Below, piece by piece: positions 1 to 9,456 of a stretch of DNA of 64,000 bases (the first letter of the stretch is position 1; every line of letters begins with the position of its first letter). Made by a program: the position numbers and the translations under genes. The notes under the pieces are model-generated. The model did no database searches. It was given only the letters and a program-made list of their open reading frames with translations, and was not told the DNA's origin. Source of the DNA: an uncultured Acidobacteriota bacterium (GTDB lineage: Bacteria > Acidobacteriota > Thermoanaerobaculia > Multivoradales > SZUA-115); the NCBI GenBank assembly GCA_963805975.1, contig CAWDVR010000003.1, positions 384,001-448,000 of the forward strand, given 5' to 3'.

Positions 1-20
1 TGTGGGCCGGGGGCGACTGC

Positions 21-1070
21 GTGCTGTTCTCGAACGCCGGCGGCACGGTGGGCGGCATTCGCACCAATCTCAGCGTCAACAACGGTGGCGGGGTGTACGT
101 AGAGGGCAGCGCCGAGTTCAATACCGGTCTCGCCGAGAGCGGCCCCACCATCATCGACGGCAACACCGCCAACAACGGCGGCGGCGGCGTGTTCGTCACC
201 GGCACCGGCTCGGTGATCCGCCTGTTTTCGGCCAGGACCTCGTTCAATCACGCCGCTGGGGCAGGAGGCGCGTTTTTCGCCGACGATCACGCCGTGGCGG
301 TGGTGGCCCGCCCGGTCAGCGACCCCGACCCCTGTCCGGACCCGATGCGTTGCTCGTTGCTGTTCGCCAACAGTGCCTCGGTGGGTGGCGCCATCTACAG
401 CGACGACCAGGCCCAGGTGAACGTCCACGGCACTACTATCGAGAGCAACAGCTCCACCGTGTTCAATCCAGTGGCGAGCGTGCGGGGCGGCTCGCTGGTC
501 ACCATCCACTCGAGCGTCGTCGCCGGCAACAGCGGCTCCGAGCCCTTCCTGGTTTCCGACGCCGCGAGCTCGCTGGTGCTCGGCAACGTCACGGTGGCCA
601 ACAACATCAACATCGGCGACGGGATGATCGAGGTGGTCACCGGCACGGTGGGGCCGGTGCGCGTCCTGACCAGCGTCTTCCAGCAGGCCGGTCCGCTCTT
701 CGTGCCGGGTTTCCCCGCCGCGATCACTCCGCAGGTCGATTGTGTGATGAGCTCGAACGGGGGCCTCTTCATCGGCATGCCCGCCGGCACGGTGATCCGC
801 TCGATCGTCGTCGCCGATCCGCAGCTCGCCAACCCGGCGGCCGGCAACTTCCAACTGCGCGGCACCTCGCCGGCGATCGACGCCTGCGACACCACGCAAT
901 GGAACGGCGGCTCCCAGGACATCGACTGGCAGGCCCGGGACATCGACAACCCCGACCACTCGAACCCCCTGCCGGGCTTCCGCGACCTAGGTGCCGACGA
1001 GTATCTGTGGATCTTCGCCGACGGCTTCGAGTCCGGAAACACCAATCGCTGGGATGTGGTGGTGCAGTAG
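21..1070 (+). CDS. Secreted beta-helix / polymorphic-repeat protein with choice-of-anchor Q-like C-terminus; 5' end lies outside the window
   Basis: Repeated GGGVYV/NTANNGGG/GGAIY motifs, DPQL...FQLRGTSPAIDA...DLGADE tail, ends IFADGFESGNTNRWDVVVQ. Confidence 0.75.
   Translation: MLFSNAGGTVGGIRTNLSVNNGGGVYVEGSAEFNTGLAESGPTIIDGNTANNGGGGVFVTGTGSVIRLFSARTSFNHAAGAGGAFFADDHAVAVVARPVSDPDPCPDPMRCSLLFANSASVGGAIYSDDQAQVNVHGTTIESNSSTVFNPVASVRGGSLVTIHSSVVAGNSGSEPFLVSDAASSLVLGNVTVANNINIGDGMIEVVTGTVGPVRVLTSVFQQAGPLFVPGFPAAITPQVDCVMSSNGGLFIGMPAGTVIRSIVVADPQLANPAAGNFQLRGTSPAIDACDTTQWNGGSQDIDWQARDIDNPDHSNPLPGFRDLGADEYLWIFADGFESGNTNRWDVVVQ
1011..1070 (+). other. C-terminal F-x-DGFE-x-G motif, copy 1
   Basis: Encodes IFADGFESGNTNRWDVVVQ-stop. 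Confidence 0.8.
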
Positions 1071-1110
1071 GGGGGCAGAGGGCGTCCGCTCCAGGCGGCT
1101 GGTATCCGGA

Positions 1111-1136
1111 TGGACCCCCGCTTTCGCGGGGGTGAC
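1111..1136. repeat. REP-like palindrome, possibly also a terminator between convergent genes
   Basis: TGGACCCCCGC-TTTC-GCGGGGGTGAC; 8-bp perfect stem 1114-1121/1126-1133; reverse complement is of the GTCA-CCCCGCGAAAGCGGGGGTCCA type. Confidence 0.7.
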
Positions 1137-1168
1137 GACGGGAGAGGTGCGCAGGCGCCGCCCGGCGT

Positions 1169-3613
1169 TCAATCCTCCTTCAGCGCCACCACCGGATCGA
1201 CCTGGGCCGCCTTGACAGAGGGCGCCAGGCAGGCGACGAGGCCGACCGCGGCCAGGAGGAGCGAGGCGGCCGCGAAGATGCCGGGGTCCGAGGGCTGGAC
1301 CTCGTAGAGCAGGCTCGCCAGCAGCCGGTTGGCGGCGAAGGCGCCGGCCACGCCCAGCACCATGCCGGCGAGGATCAGCCGCCCGCCTTGCCAGAGCACC
1401 AGGCTGGCGACGCTGCCGGGCGCCGCGCCCAGGGCCGAGCGGATGCCGATCTCCCGCGTGCGCAGGCTGACGGCGTAGGCGATGACGCCGTAGATCCCCA
1501 CCGCCGAGAGCAGCAGCGCCACGCCGGCGAAGATCGCCAGCAGCAGCATCGGCGCTCGCCGGGTGGCGAGCGAGTCGGAGAGCCGCGTCGCCATGGTCTT
1601 GACATCGAAGAGCGGCAGCTCCGGGTCGAGGCGCAGGATCTCCCGGCGGATGCCGCCGGTGAGGAGCGCCGGATCGCCCGAGGTGCGCGCCACCAGCGCG
1701 AGCTGGCCGGCCGGCCGCTGGCGCAGCGGGAAGTAGACCGTGCCTACCGTGTCGGGGTCGGTCAGATCCATCGAGCGGATGGCGGAGACCACGCCGACGA
1801 TGGTCCTCCAGGGCCGGTCCTCGTTGTCCTGTGCGATGCCGGTGCGCAGTCGCCCGCCGAGAGCGTCGCCCTTGGGGAAATAGCGCTCGGCGAGCTGCTG
1901 GTCGATGATCGCCACCAACTGCGCGTCCGGGGTGTCCGTGGCTTCGAAGTTGCGGCCGGCGATCTTGCGGATGCCGAGCGTGTCGAAGAAGCCGGCATCG
2001 ACCTCGCTGAAGTGCGGCACCGGCGGTGTCTCGCCCGGGCCCGGCGTGTAGCTCTCGAATGAGATCGCGCTGGCGTTGCTGCTGTTGCTGAAGGGGAGGA
2101 AGGTGGTGAGGCCCACCGCCTCGACCCCCGGCAGCGAGCGCACGCGGGCGGAGGCTGAATCGATGAAGGCCACGGTCGCGGCGTCGTCCGCGTAGCGCGC
2201 CTCGGGCAGGTTGATGAGCGCCGAGAGCACGCCCCGCGACTCGAACCCCGGCGTCACCCCCGCGACCTTGCGGAAGGACATCAGGAGCAGGCTCGCCAGC
2301 ACCAGCAGCACGAAGGCGAACGAGAACTGGAGCACCACCAGGCTCGAGCGGGTGAGCGAGGCCGTGCGGCCCCCGGTGCCCGTGCGCCCGCCCTCGCGGA
2401 ATGCCTGGGCGGGGTTCGCCCGCAGGGCCTGGAAGACGGGGATCAGGCCGAAGAGCAGGCCGGTGCCGAGCGCCACCAGGAAAGTGAAGGCGAGCACGCT
2501 CCAGTCGATCGCGATGTCCGACCCGCGGGGGAGCTGCTCGGCCGCGAAACGCGCCAGGAGGCGCGAGGCCGCCCAGCCCACCGCCAGCCCGAGCGCCCCG
2601 CCGGCGCCGGCCAGCGCCAGGCTCTCGACCAGCAGGGCACGCGTCACCCGGCCCCGGCCGGCGCCCAGCGCGAAGCGCACGGCGAGCTCTTTCCGCCGCC
2701 GGTGCGCCCGCACCAGCATCAGGTTGGCGACGTTGACGCAGCCGATGGCGAGCACCAGTGCCACGCCGCCCTGCACCAGCACGAGCTGCGGGCGCACGCT
2801 GCGCACCGTCTCCTCGTGCAGGCTGATCACCCGCGTCCAGAAGCCGGCGCTCGCCAGCACCTCGCGGAACTGCGGATGGGCGTCGGTGATGCGCTGGTTC
2901 AGGGCGTTGATGCGTTCCTGCGCCCGGGCCACGGTCACCCCCGGCTGGAGGCGGGCCAGCATGTTGAACGAGTTGCTGTGCCGGGAGTCGTCCGACATCT
3001 GCTCGGGCGTGAAGGCGAAGGGCATCAAGAGCCGGATGTCGTCATCCACGAGCTCGAAATCGTGCGACATCACGCCCACGATCTGGTGGCTCACGCCGTT
3101 GATCCGGATGTCCTTGCCCACCACGTTCGGGTCGCCGGCGAACTGCTTCTGCCACAGCGTGTGGGTGAGGAGGGCCACCTTCTCGTTGCCGAGCTTGGCG
3201 TCCTCCTCGGTGAAGGGGCGGCCGAGCACCGGCTGCACGCGCAGGAGGGGGAAGAGGGTGGGAGTGACGCGGGCCGAGACCACCCGTTCCGGCGAGCCCT
3301 CGGCGCCGACGTTGGCGCTCGAGAAATCGAGCAGCGCCACACTCTCGAAGACCTCGGTCTCCGCCTTGCGGTCGAAGTAGTCGGGTGCGGCGTTGGCGCC
3401 GCGGTCCGTCACGCCGACCTTGGGGTAGAGGTTGTAGAGGGTCACCAGGCGGTCGGGATCGGCATAGGGCAGCGGTTCGAGCAGCACCGCGTTGATGACG
3501 CTGAAGATGGCGGTGTTGGCGCCGATGGCGAGCGCCAGGGTGAGGAGCACGACGAAGGTGAACGACCGCTCGCGGGCTAGGGCGGCGACGGCGTGTTTCA
3601 GGTCTTTCAGCAT
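1169..3613 (-). CDS. ADOP-type ABC transporter permease (duplicated MacB_PCD/FtsX)
   Basis: Starts MLKDLKHAV; TLALAIGANTAIFS, CVNVANLML, RTREIGIRSALGA, DPVVALKED; the ORF-track extension to 4477 overlaps an opposite-strand gene. Confidence 0.92.
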   Translation of the reverse strand: MLKDLKHAVAALARERSFTFVVLLTLALAIGANTAIFSVINAVLLEPLPYADPDRLVTLYNLYPKVGVTDRGANAAPDYFDRKAETEVFESVALLDFSSANVGAEGSPERVVSARVTPTLFPLLRVQPVLGRPFTEEDAKLGNEKVALLTHTLWQKQFAGDPNVVGKDIRINGVSHQIVGVMSHDFELVDDDIRLLMPFAFTPEQMSDDSRHSNSFNMLARLQPGVTVARAQERINALNQRITDAHPQFREVLASAGFWTRVISLHEETVRSVRPQLVLVQGGVALVLAIGCVNVANLMLVRAHRRRKELAVRFALGAGRGRVTRALLVESLALAGAGGALGLAVGWAASRLLARFAAEQLPRGSDIAIDWSVLAFTFLVALGTGLLFGLIPVFQALRANPAQAFREGGRTGTGGRTASLTRSSLVVLQFSFAFVLLVLASLLLMSFRKVAGVTPGFESRGVLSALINLPEARYADDAATVAFIDSASARVRSLPGVEAVGLTTFLPFSNSSNASAISFESYTPGPGETPPVPHFSEVDAGFFDTLGIRKIAGRNFEATDTPDAQLVAIIDQQLAERYFPKGDALGGRLRTGIAQDNEDRPWRTIVGVVSAIRSMDLTDPDTVGTVYFPLRQRPAGQLALVARTSGDPALLTGGIRREILRLDPELPLFDVKTMATRLSDSLATRRAPMLLLAIFAGVALLLSAVGIYGVIAYAVSLRTREIGIRSALGAAPGSVASLVLWQGGRLILAGMVLGVAGAFAANRLLASLLYEVQPSDPGIFAAASLLLAAVGLVACLAPSVKAAQVDPVVALKED

Positions 3614-3719
3614 GGGGTGGCTCCCGGCCGCGGAGGGCCTGTCCCCTTCTGAAACGTGGCCGGCCCGCCCTTTGTTGCAGGGCCGGCCTGCTAAGCTCGC
3701 CCAAACCCCGAGACCTGCC

Positions 3720-4661
3720 GTGCGCCGACCGCGAATCCCCAGATCGTCGCTACCGGGCGACTCCCCACAGATCAGGCGGCGGCAGCGCCTGGCGGGGATC
3801 GGCTGCATGGGCCTCTTCCTCCTGGGGGTGTTTGCGGTCGAGAAGGGGAAAGAGCTCTTCCGGGACACTCCCCTCGCTCCCGACTCGCGGGGGATGGAGG
3901 AGATCCTCCAGGACGACGACCTCGAGGCGCTCGAGAAGCGGCTCAGCAACGGTGCCGACCCCAACGCCAAGGACGTCTTCGACCAGGCGTTGATCACCTG
4001 GGTGAGGAGCCCCAAGGCCCTGGAGATCATGCTCCGCCACGGCGCCGACCCGCAGGGCCGCGACAAGGACGGCGACACGCCGCTGATGGAGGCGGCGCGG
4101 GCGGGAGACGTGGAGTCGGTCCGGGTGCTGCTCGCCGCCGGAGCCGATGTCAACGCCGTCAACCCCGAGTACGGCTCCGAGCACACGGCGATGATCGACG
4201 CCATCTCGGGCGGCGACGGGGAGGTTCTCCGTCTTTTCAAGGCGGCCGGAGCCGTGGACACGCGGGTCACCGCCGAGAACGGCCAGCCCCTGCCGGCGGA
4301 CGGCGGCGAGCCGTTCCGGGTCTGCGTGGAATACATCGCCGCCATCCATCGCCAGGACCCGGACGCGATGTATCCGCTCACCGTCTGGCCCGAGCCCATC
4401 GATTCCTCCGGGACCGACTGGAACACGCTCCAGAGCGTGCGCCCCGTTGCGCCTCGCTTCCTCGGCGGCTTCTTCAACGAGACCTACGCCACGCTCACAC
4501 TCTCCGGCGAGACCCCGGCCGGTTTCGAGGCGGAGTGGCGGTACCAGCTCCGCCGCCTCCGCGCCGAGCAGGAGCCTCTGCTGCCCGAAGGCAAGACCCG
4601 GATCGAACCGCACACCACCGGCCTGTGGCGCATCGTGCGGGAGGACTGGCTGGTGGATTGA
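3720..4661 (+). CDS. Ankyrin-repeat protein with N-terminal membrane anchor (start uncertain: GTG 3720 or ATG 3807)
   Basis: GADPNAKD, GADPQGRDKDGDTPLMEAA, LLAAGADVNA repeats. Confidence 0.8.
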   Translation: MRRPRIPRSSLPGDSPQIRRRQRLAGIGCMGLFLLGVFAVEKGKELFRDTPLAPDSRGMEEILQDDDLEALEKRLSNGADPNAKDVFDQALITWVRSPKALEIMLRHGADPQGRDKDGDTPLMEAARAGDVESVRVLLAAGADVNAVNPEYGSEHTAMIDAISGGDGEVLRLFKAAGAVDTRVTAENGQPLPADGGEPFRVCVEYIAAIHRQDPDAMYPLTVWPEPIDSSGTDWNTLQSVRPVAPRFLGGFFNETYATLTLSGETPAGFEAEWRYQLRRLRAEQEPLLPEGKTRIEPHTTGLWRIVREDWLVD

Positions 4662-4698
4662 GAGACACGAGCATGTTCCCCGGCTCTCGCCATCCCCT

Positions 4699-5955
4699 CT
4701 AGACCAACAGCCGCTCCAGCGGCACCGCCCAGATGTTTCTCTCTAGCTGCTGGATGCTGGGTCCGGTATAGACCACGATCCCTCCGCGCCACTGCTCCCC
4801 GAGCGCTTTGCCGACTTCTCTCATGCTTCTCCAGCCCGAAGGCGAGAGCTTGGCGCCCAGCTTGGCCTCGAAGGTCCACGTTCCGTAAGGAGTGGTGGCC
4901 ATTAGATCGACCTCCAAGCCCGAGCGTGTGCGGTAGAAGGCGAGATCGACCGGCAGGTCGTGAGTCTTCGCCCACTTGAAGACCTCAGTGACGACCAGCG
5001 TCTCGAAGAGCTGCCCGGTGGCCGGTCCGCGGTTGTGGGTCAGGTGGCGCCACAGGGCCGTGTCCAGCCAGAAGATCTTGGGCGTCTTGATCACGCTGCT
5101 GGTGAGATTCTTGGCATAGGGCGGCAGGAGCACCGCCTGGTAGGAGAGCCGCAGGTACTCGATGTAACGCCTCGCCGTGGTGACGCTCAGGCCGGAGTCG
5201 CGGGCCAGTTCCGAGAACGACAGTAACTGGCCGCTGCGTGCCGCGCCGAGCTGCTGGAAGCCTCGGAAGGGCAGCAGGTCGGAGAGCCGAGTCAGGTCGG
5301 CGAGGTCACGCTCCAGGTAGGTGGCGTCGTACGACTGGAGCCACTTGCTGCGTTCCTCGTCGGAGAGCGGAAGGAGGCCCGGCATCCCTCCCCAGGCCAA
5401 CAAATGCTCGATCGCATCGGCGGCCCGCTCCGCCAGGGGACCCAGGCGCACCTCCGGCTCCTTGCCGAGGTGTTCCTCCGCGGAGCCGGGCTCGCGCAAC
5501 AGGCGGTCCAAGAGTGGCTGCGGCGCCTCCGAGCCGGCCTCAGTGGCGAGCTCGCTCGCCAGAAGCGGCCAGAGCTCGTAGACGAAGGCCCGGCCGGCCA
5601 GGGTCTCGCGCACCCTCTGCAGCATCAGGATCTGCGACGAGCCCAGGAGGATCGTCTCCCTGATCTCGCCGGCATCGAAGGCGTACTTCACCTTGTCGAA
5701 GAGGCTGGGCTCTTTCTGGGCTTCGTCCAGGATCGCGGGGCCGATGGCCTCGGCCCAGGACTCTGCTCGCGCGACTCGGAGAGTCTCACGCTGCGCTGGC
5801 GAATCCAGGTTGACGTAGCGGAAGCCGGGGAAGACGGCCCGCGCAAGAGTCGTCTTCCCCGTCTGACGGGCGCCGGTCAGGAGGGTCAGCCGGGGTGGCG
5901 AAACACGCTGGAGAACTGGCCCCAGCCAACGGAAACGCTGTATATTCGTTCTCAT
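4699..5955 (-). CDS. AAA+ ATPase (AAA_14 + DUF4143 family)
   Basis: Walker A GARQTGKT, Walker B ILDEAQ, GGMP, TYLERD, KTPKIFWLDTAL, LFET, YRTRSGLEVD. Confidence 0.9.
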   Translation of the reverse strand: MRTNIQRFRWLGPVLQRVSPPRLTLLTGARQTGKTTLARAVFPGFRYVNLDSPAQRETLRVARAESWAEAIGPAILDEAQKEPSLFDKVKYAFDAGEIRETILLGSSQILMLQRVRETLAGRAFVYELWPLLASELATEAGSEAPQPLLDRLLREPGSAEEHLGKEPEVRLGPLAERAADAIEHLLAWGGMPGLLPLSDEERSKWLQSYDATYLERDLADLTRLSDLLPFRGFQQLGAARSGQLLSFSELARDSGLSVTTARRYIEYLRLSYQAVLLPPYAKNLTSSVIKTPKIFWLDTALWRHLTHNRGPATGQLFETLVVTEVFKWAKTHDLPVDLAFYRTRSGLEVDLMATTPYGTWTFEAKLGAKLSPSGWRSMREVGKALGEQWRGGIVVYTGPSIQQLERNIWAVPLERLLV

Positions 5956-6028
5956 GGTGGGTAAATATACAGCCTATTTGTCCACGTCGTGAACAGATTT
6001 ACAGGTTATTTAGGCTCTCCGGGGAGAC

Positions 6029-7006
6029 TCAGCGCGTCCCGACCGGCCCCATCCACCGCCCGAGCACCGGCAGGTCACGAAGGGCCTGGCGCCACTCCGG
6101 TGCTGGTGGGCTGAAGGGCGAGGGCAGGAAGAACAGGGCGAGCCAGAGGGGGTTCTGGGGGAACCCGACTCCCATCGTCAGGTGGGTGGAGACGTGCAGG
6201 AGGATGAGGCCGAGGCCCCAGGCCCGGTGCAGCGAGGGCCGAGCCGCCGCCCACAGCGCGAAGAGCTCCAGGTAGAGAGCGCCGATCATCAATGGCCAGC
6301 CCACCCAGTAGTGCTCGATCAGCCACAGGCCGAGGACGCTCGTGGAATCGTCCGAGAGAAGCTTGGCGGCGACCTGCCGCGCGAGCGCCGTGGGCGCGAC
6401 GTAGGAGACCTCACCCTGGAGCGCCTGCTGGACCACCCCGCCCACTTTCCACACGCCGGACATACTGTACGTGAGCATGATGAGCGCCTGACAGCCGGAG
6501 AACACCAGCAGGGTCGCAGCTCGCACCGGCCGGCCGGGCGCCGGGCTCGACGCCCAGCCGCGGGGAAGGAAGATCAGCACGAAGCTCAACAGCAGGCCCA
6601 GGTGGTCGCCGTGATTGACGCTGCCGAAGGAGAACCGGAAGGCCAGGAGCTCGAGCAGCGAGCAGAACACCAGGATGCGTGCCCATCGGTGGCCGGAGAG
6701 CGCCACCCCGAGCAGGCCGCCCAGCAGGTGGAACCACAGAATCAGCGCGATCCCGGAGCGAAGGTCCACGTAGCGCAGCCAGAAGACGGGCCAGCGAGGG
6801 CTGAGACTCGTGGTGGCGAGGAGCTCCTGCCAGGAGAAGAGCTGGTTCAGAGCGAGAAACAGCAGCACCGCGTAGAACGCCGTAACCAGGGCCTGGCCAC
6901 GGAAGAAGCTCTCCCGGCGCAAGAAGACGGACCCGCTCGTGGCTGGGCCGGCGGCCCGCGACCGGAAGAAGGCCACGAGGGCCTCAGCGCGGCCCCTATC
7001 TCTCAT
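6029..7006 (-). CDS. Multi-pass membrane protein, HTTM/SdpB-like
   Basis: Several TM helices; SFGSVNHGDH, YSMSGVWK, LYLEL, LLHVSTHLTMGVGF resemble HTTM motifs. Confidence 0.6.
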   Translation of the reverse strand: MRDRGRAEALVAFFRSRAAGPATSGSVFLRRESFFRGQALVTAFYAVLLFLALNQLFSWQELLATTSLSPRWPVFWLRYVDLRSGIALILWFHLLGGLLGVALSGHRWARILVFCSLLELLAFRFSFGSVNHGDHLGLLLSFVLIFLPRGWASSPAPGRPVRAATLLVFSGCQALIMLTYSMSGVWKVGGVVQQALQGEVSYVAPTALARQVAAKLLSDDSTSVLGLWLIEHYWVGWPLMIGALYLELFALWAAARPSLHRAWGLGLILLHVSTHLTMGVGFPQNPLWLALFFLPSPFSPPAPEWRQALRDLPVLGRWMGPVGTR

Positions 7007-7494
7007 TTGGGGCTCTCATTCGGGTCTCGCGTGTCGAGCCGCACGACGAGGCGCCGCTCACTGCTCTCGCCGGTCTGCCACTTGTGGAGCGGCTCGTAGC
7101 GCTCGAAGAGGAGGTCATAGCGCACCTTGCCCTGGAGGTAGTTGTCCTCCAGGACCTGACGCAGGTGATCGGCCTCCTCGGTCCTACCCTTGTCGTGCGC
7201 CCGCCCGAGGCTCTGGATCAGCTTGCGCCCGAGGAAGCGGTTTCCGGTCACGATCGATCCCGGCGCCTGGAAGAAGGAGACGGGCGGCCGGAGCAGTTGC
7301 CCCTCGTGCCGATGGATGACCACCGTGTACCGGCTCTCCAGGTTCGGGACCTTCGAGAAGAGGGACCAGCCGAAGAACGGGAAGATCTCGTCCACCCCGG
7401 GTACGAGCTTCTGGCTCGCCGCCCCGGCGACGCAGTACACGGCGACGAGCAGCACGAGCTGCCGGCGCAGGCGGCGCAGAGGGGTCGCGTGCAT
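7003..7494 (-). CDS. Membrane-anchored hypothetical protein, SdpA-like partner of the HTTM gene
   Basis: One N-terminal TM segment followed by EIFPFFGWSLFSKVP; 4-nt overlap with the downstream gene. Confidence 0.55.
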   Translation of the reverse strand: MHATPLRRLRRQLVLLVAVYCVAGAASQKLVPGVDEIFPFFGWSLFSKVPNLESRYTVVIHRHEGQLLRPPVSFFQAPGSIVTGNRFLGRKLIQSLGRAHDKGRTEEADHLRQVLEDNYLQGKVRYDLLFERYEPLHKWQTGESSERRLVVRLDTRDPNESPK

Positions 7495-7610
7495 CGTCCT
7501 GTTGTTCAGGGTCTCAGGCTACCATCGTGCAACGCTGGAAAGGCCCTCGAGGCACCCGTCGGATAAGCTCCGAGCCCGATGCTCAGGCCCCCGTGCAAGG
7601 CTGTTCGGCC

Positions 7611-9404
7611 ATGGCCCGCCGGACTGTAGATTCCCTGGTCCGATGGTTCACGGGACGGCCGTTTCCTCTCCGTCTCGCCCTCCTCGCGATCCTGCTCTCC
7701 CTGCCCGCGCTCTGGGTGGGGCTCCAGCTCGACGACTTTCCGCAACGCCTGGTGATGCTGGGGGCCGGTCCTCTCGAGGTGAGGCCGCTCGAGGTGTTCC
7801 GGCTGGTCGACGGCGACCGGGAGATGCGGCGCCGGATGGTGGAGCACGGCTTCCTGCCCTGGTGGACCTCCGAGCGCGCTCGCTTCGTCTTCTTCCGGCC
7901 GGCGGCGGCACTGTCGATGCTCTTCGATTACCGGCTATGGCCCGGCTCGCCGGTCCTGATGCACGTTCACAGCCTCGCCTGGCTGGGGTTGATGGTGGCC
8001 GCGGCGGCGCTCGCCTACCGCCGCATCCTCGGCGTGGGCTGGGCGGCGGGCCTCGCCGCGCTGCTCTACGCCGTGGACGACGCGCACGCGCTTCCCGCCT
8101 CCTGGCTCGCCAACCGCAACGCGCTGATGGCGACCGCCTTCGGCCTCGCGGCGCTCGCCGTCCACGACCGCTGGCGGCGGAGCGCGGCCGTTTCGGGCTG
8201 GCGACGCCTCGCGGGCGCGCCGCTCTCCTGCCTGCTCCTCGCGCTGGCTCTGCTCTCGGGCGAGATCGGGCTCGGCGCGCTCGGGTATTTCCTGGCCTAT
8301 GCCTGTTTCCTGGAGCCGGTACGCGGTGCTCGACGCTGGCTGTCGCTCGTGCCGGCCGGCCTCGTTGCCGGCGGCTGGGCCGTGCTCTACAAGTTGGGTG
8401 GCTACGGGGTCGTCGGCTCGGGGATCTACGTCGATCCGCTGCGAGAACCGCTGGGGTTCGCCGTCGCGGTGCTCCGGAGGGCACCGCTGCTGCTCCTCGG
8501 CCAGTGGTCGCCGGTGCCGGCGGACGCGGCCTCGGTGGTGCCGGTGGAACAGGCGAGGGTGCTCTTCGCCGGCGCCCTGGTTCTGATCGCGCTCCTCGCT
8601 GCCCTCTTCCTGCCGCTGCTCCGCGGTGCGGCCACTGCCCGCTTCTTCGCGACCGGCATGCTGCTGGCGCTGCTGCCGGTCTGCGCCACCTTCGCCTCGA
8701 ACCGGCTGCTCTCGTTCGTGGGCTTTGGCGGCGCGGGCCTTCTGGCGCTCTTCTTGGGCGCCGTTGCTTCGGCTTCCGGGGTGTCGCGGGCCGCCCGTTG
8801 GGCTGCCGTGGCGCTCGCCGTCGTCCACCTGCCGCTTTCGGCCCTGGCGAGCCCCTTCTTCGCCTACTCGACCCGCACCTACGGCCAGGCGCCGAACCTC
8901 GCGCTCGCCACCTTGCCGGGTGACGCCGGGCGCGACGTGATCGTGGTCAACGCGCCGGACTACCTCACCTACGTGAGCAACGCCCGGCCCGTGCGCCACG
9001 CGCTGGGGCTGCCGCTGGCGCGGCGCGTGCTGGCACTCGCCAGCGGGCCGGTACCGGTCTCGGTCACGCGGCTCGACGGCGAGCGGCTGCGGGTGACCCT
9101 GCCCGACGGCTTTTTCAACGGCCAGCTCGCCTGGCTCTTCCACTCGCCGGACGATCGGCTGGAGGTCGGCAGGGTGATCGGCCTCGAGACCTTCACCGCC
9201 GAGATCGCCGCCGTGCGGCCGGACGGCCAGCCCAGCGAGGTCGTCTTCACCTTTCCGCAAGGGCTCGACAGCCCGTCTCTCGCATTCGTGCGCTTCGACT
9301 CCGATGCCTATCTGCCCTTCGTGCTGCCGGCCGTAGGCACGACGGCGACTCTCGAAGCCGCGATCGGGCCGTTCGAGCGGCTGGGGAGGCCGGGCGGGGA
9401 TTGA
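7611..9404 (+). CDS. Polytopic membrane protein, possible GT-C fold glycosyltransferase
   Basis: LDD after TM1, FFRP, WLANRN, SGE, about 11 TM helices and a soluble C-terminal domain. Confidence 0.55.
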   Translation: MARRTVDSLVRWFTGRPFPLRLALLAILLSLPALWVGLQLDDFPQRLVMLGAGPLEVRPLEVFRLVDGDREMRRRMVEHGFLPWWTSERARFVFFRPAAALSMLFDYRLWPGSPVLMHVHSLAWLGLMVAAAALAYRRILGVGWAAGLAALLYAVDDAHALPASWLANRNALMATAFGLAALAVHDRWRRSAAVSGWRRLAGAPLSCLLLALALLSGEIGLGALGYFLAYACFLEPVRGARRWLSLVPAGLVAGGWAVLYKLGGYGVVGSGIYVDPLREPLGFAVAVLRRAPLLLLGQWSPVPADAASVVPVEQARVLFAGALVLIALLAALFLPLLRGAATARFFATGMLLALLPVCATFASNRLLSFVGFGGAGLLALFLGAVASASGVSRAARWAAVALAVVHLPLSALASPFFAYSTRTYGQAPNLALATLPGDAGRDVIVVNAPDYLTYVSNARPVRHALGLPLARRVLALASGPVPVSVTRLDGERLRVTLPDGFFNGQLAWLFHSPDDRLEVGRVIGLETFTAEIAAVRPDGQPSEVVFTFPQGLDSPSLAFVRFDSDAYLPFVLPAVGTTATLEAAIGPFERLGRPGGD

Positions 9405-9456
9405 TCTACTATCGTGGGTCTGGCAGCCTGGATCGACCCATGAAAGGCGGGAAGCG

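Noticed and set aside
3614-4477. Long N-terminal extension of the first permease (similar extensions at 56730-57881, 42260-44767 and 27762-28337)
   Set aside because: Each overlaps a well-supported opposite-strand gene, and better starts exist downstream.
4699-5955. AAA+/DUF4143 gene as a novel defence system
   Set aside because: A common stand-alone family; no partner genes or island context visible.
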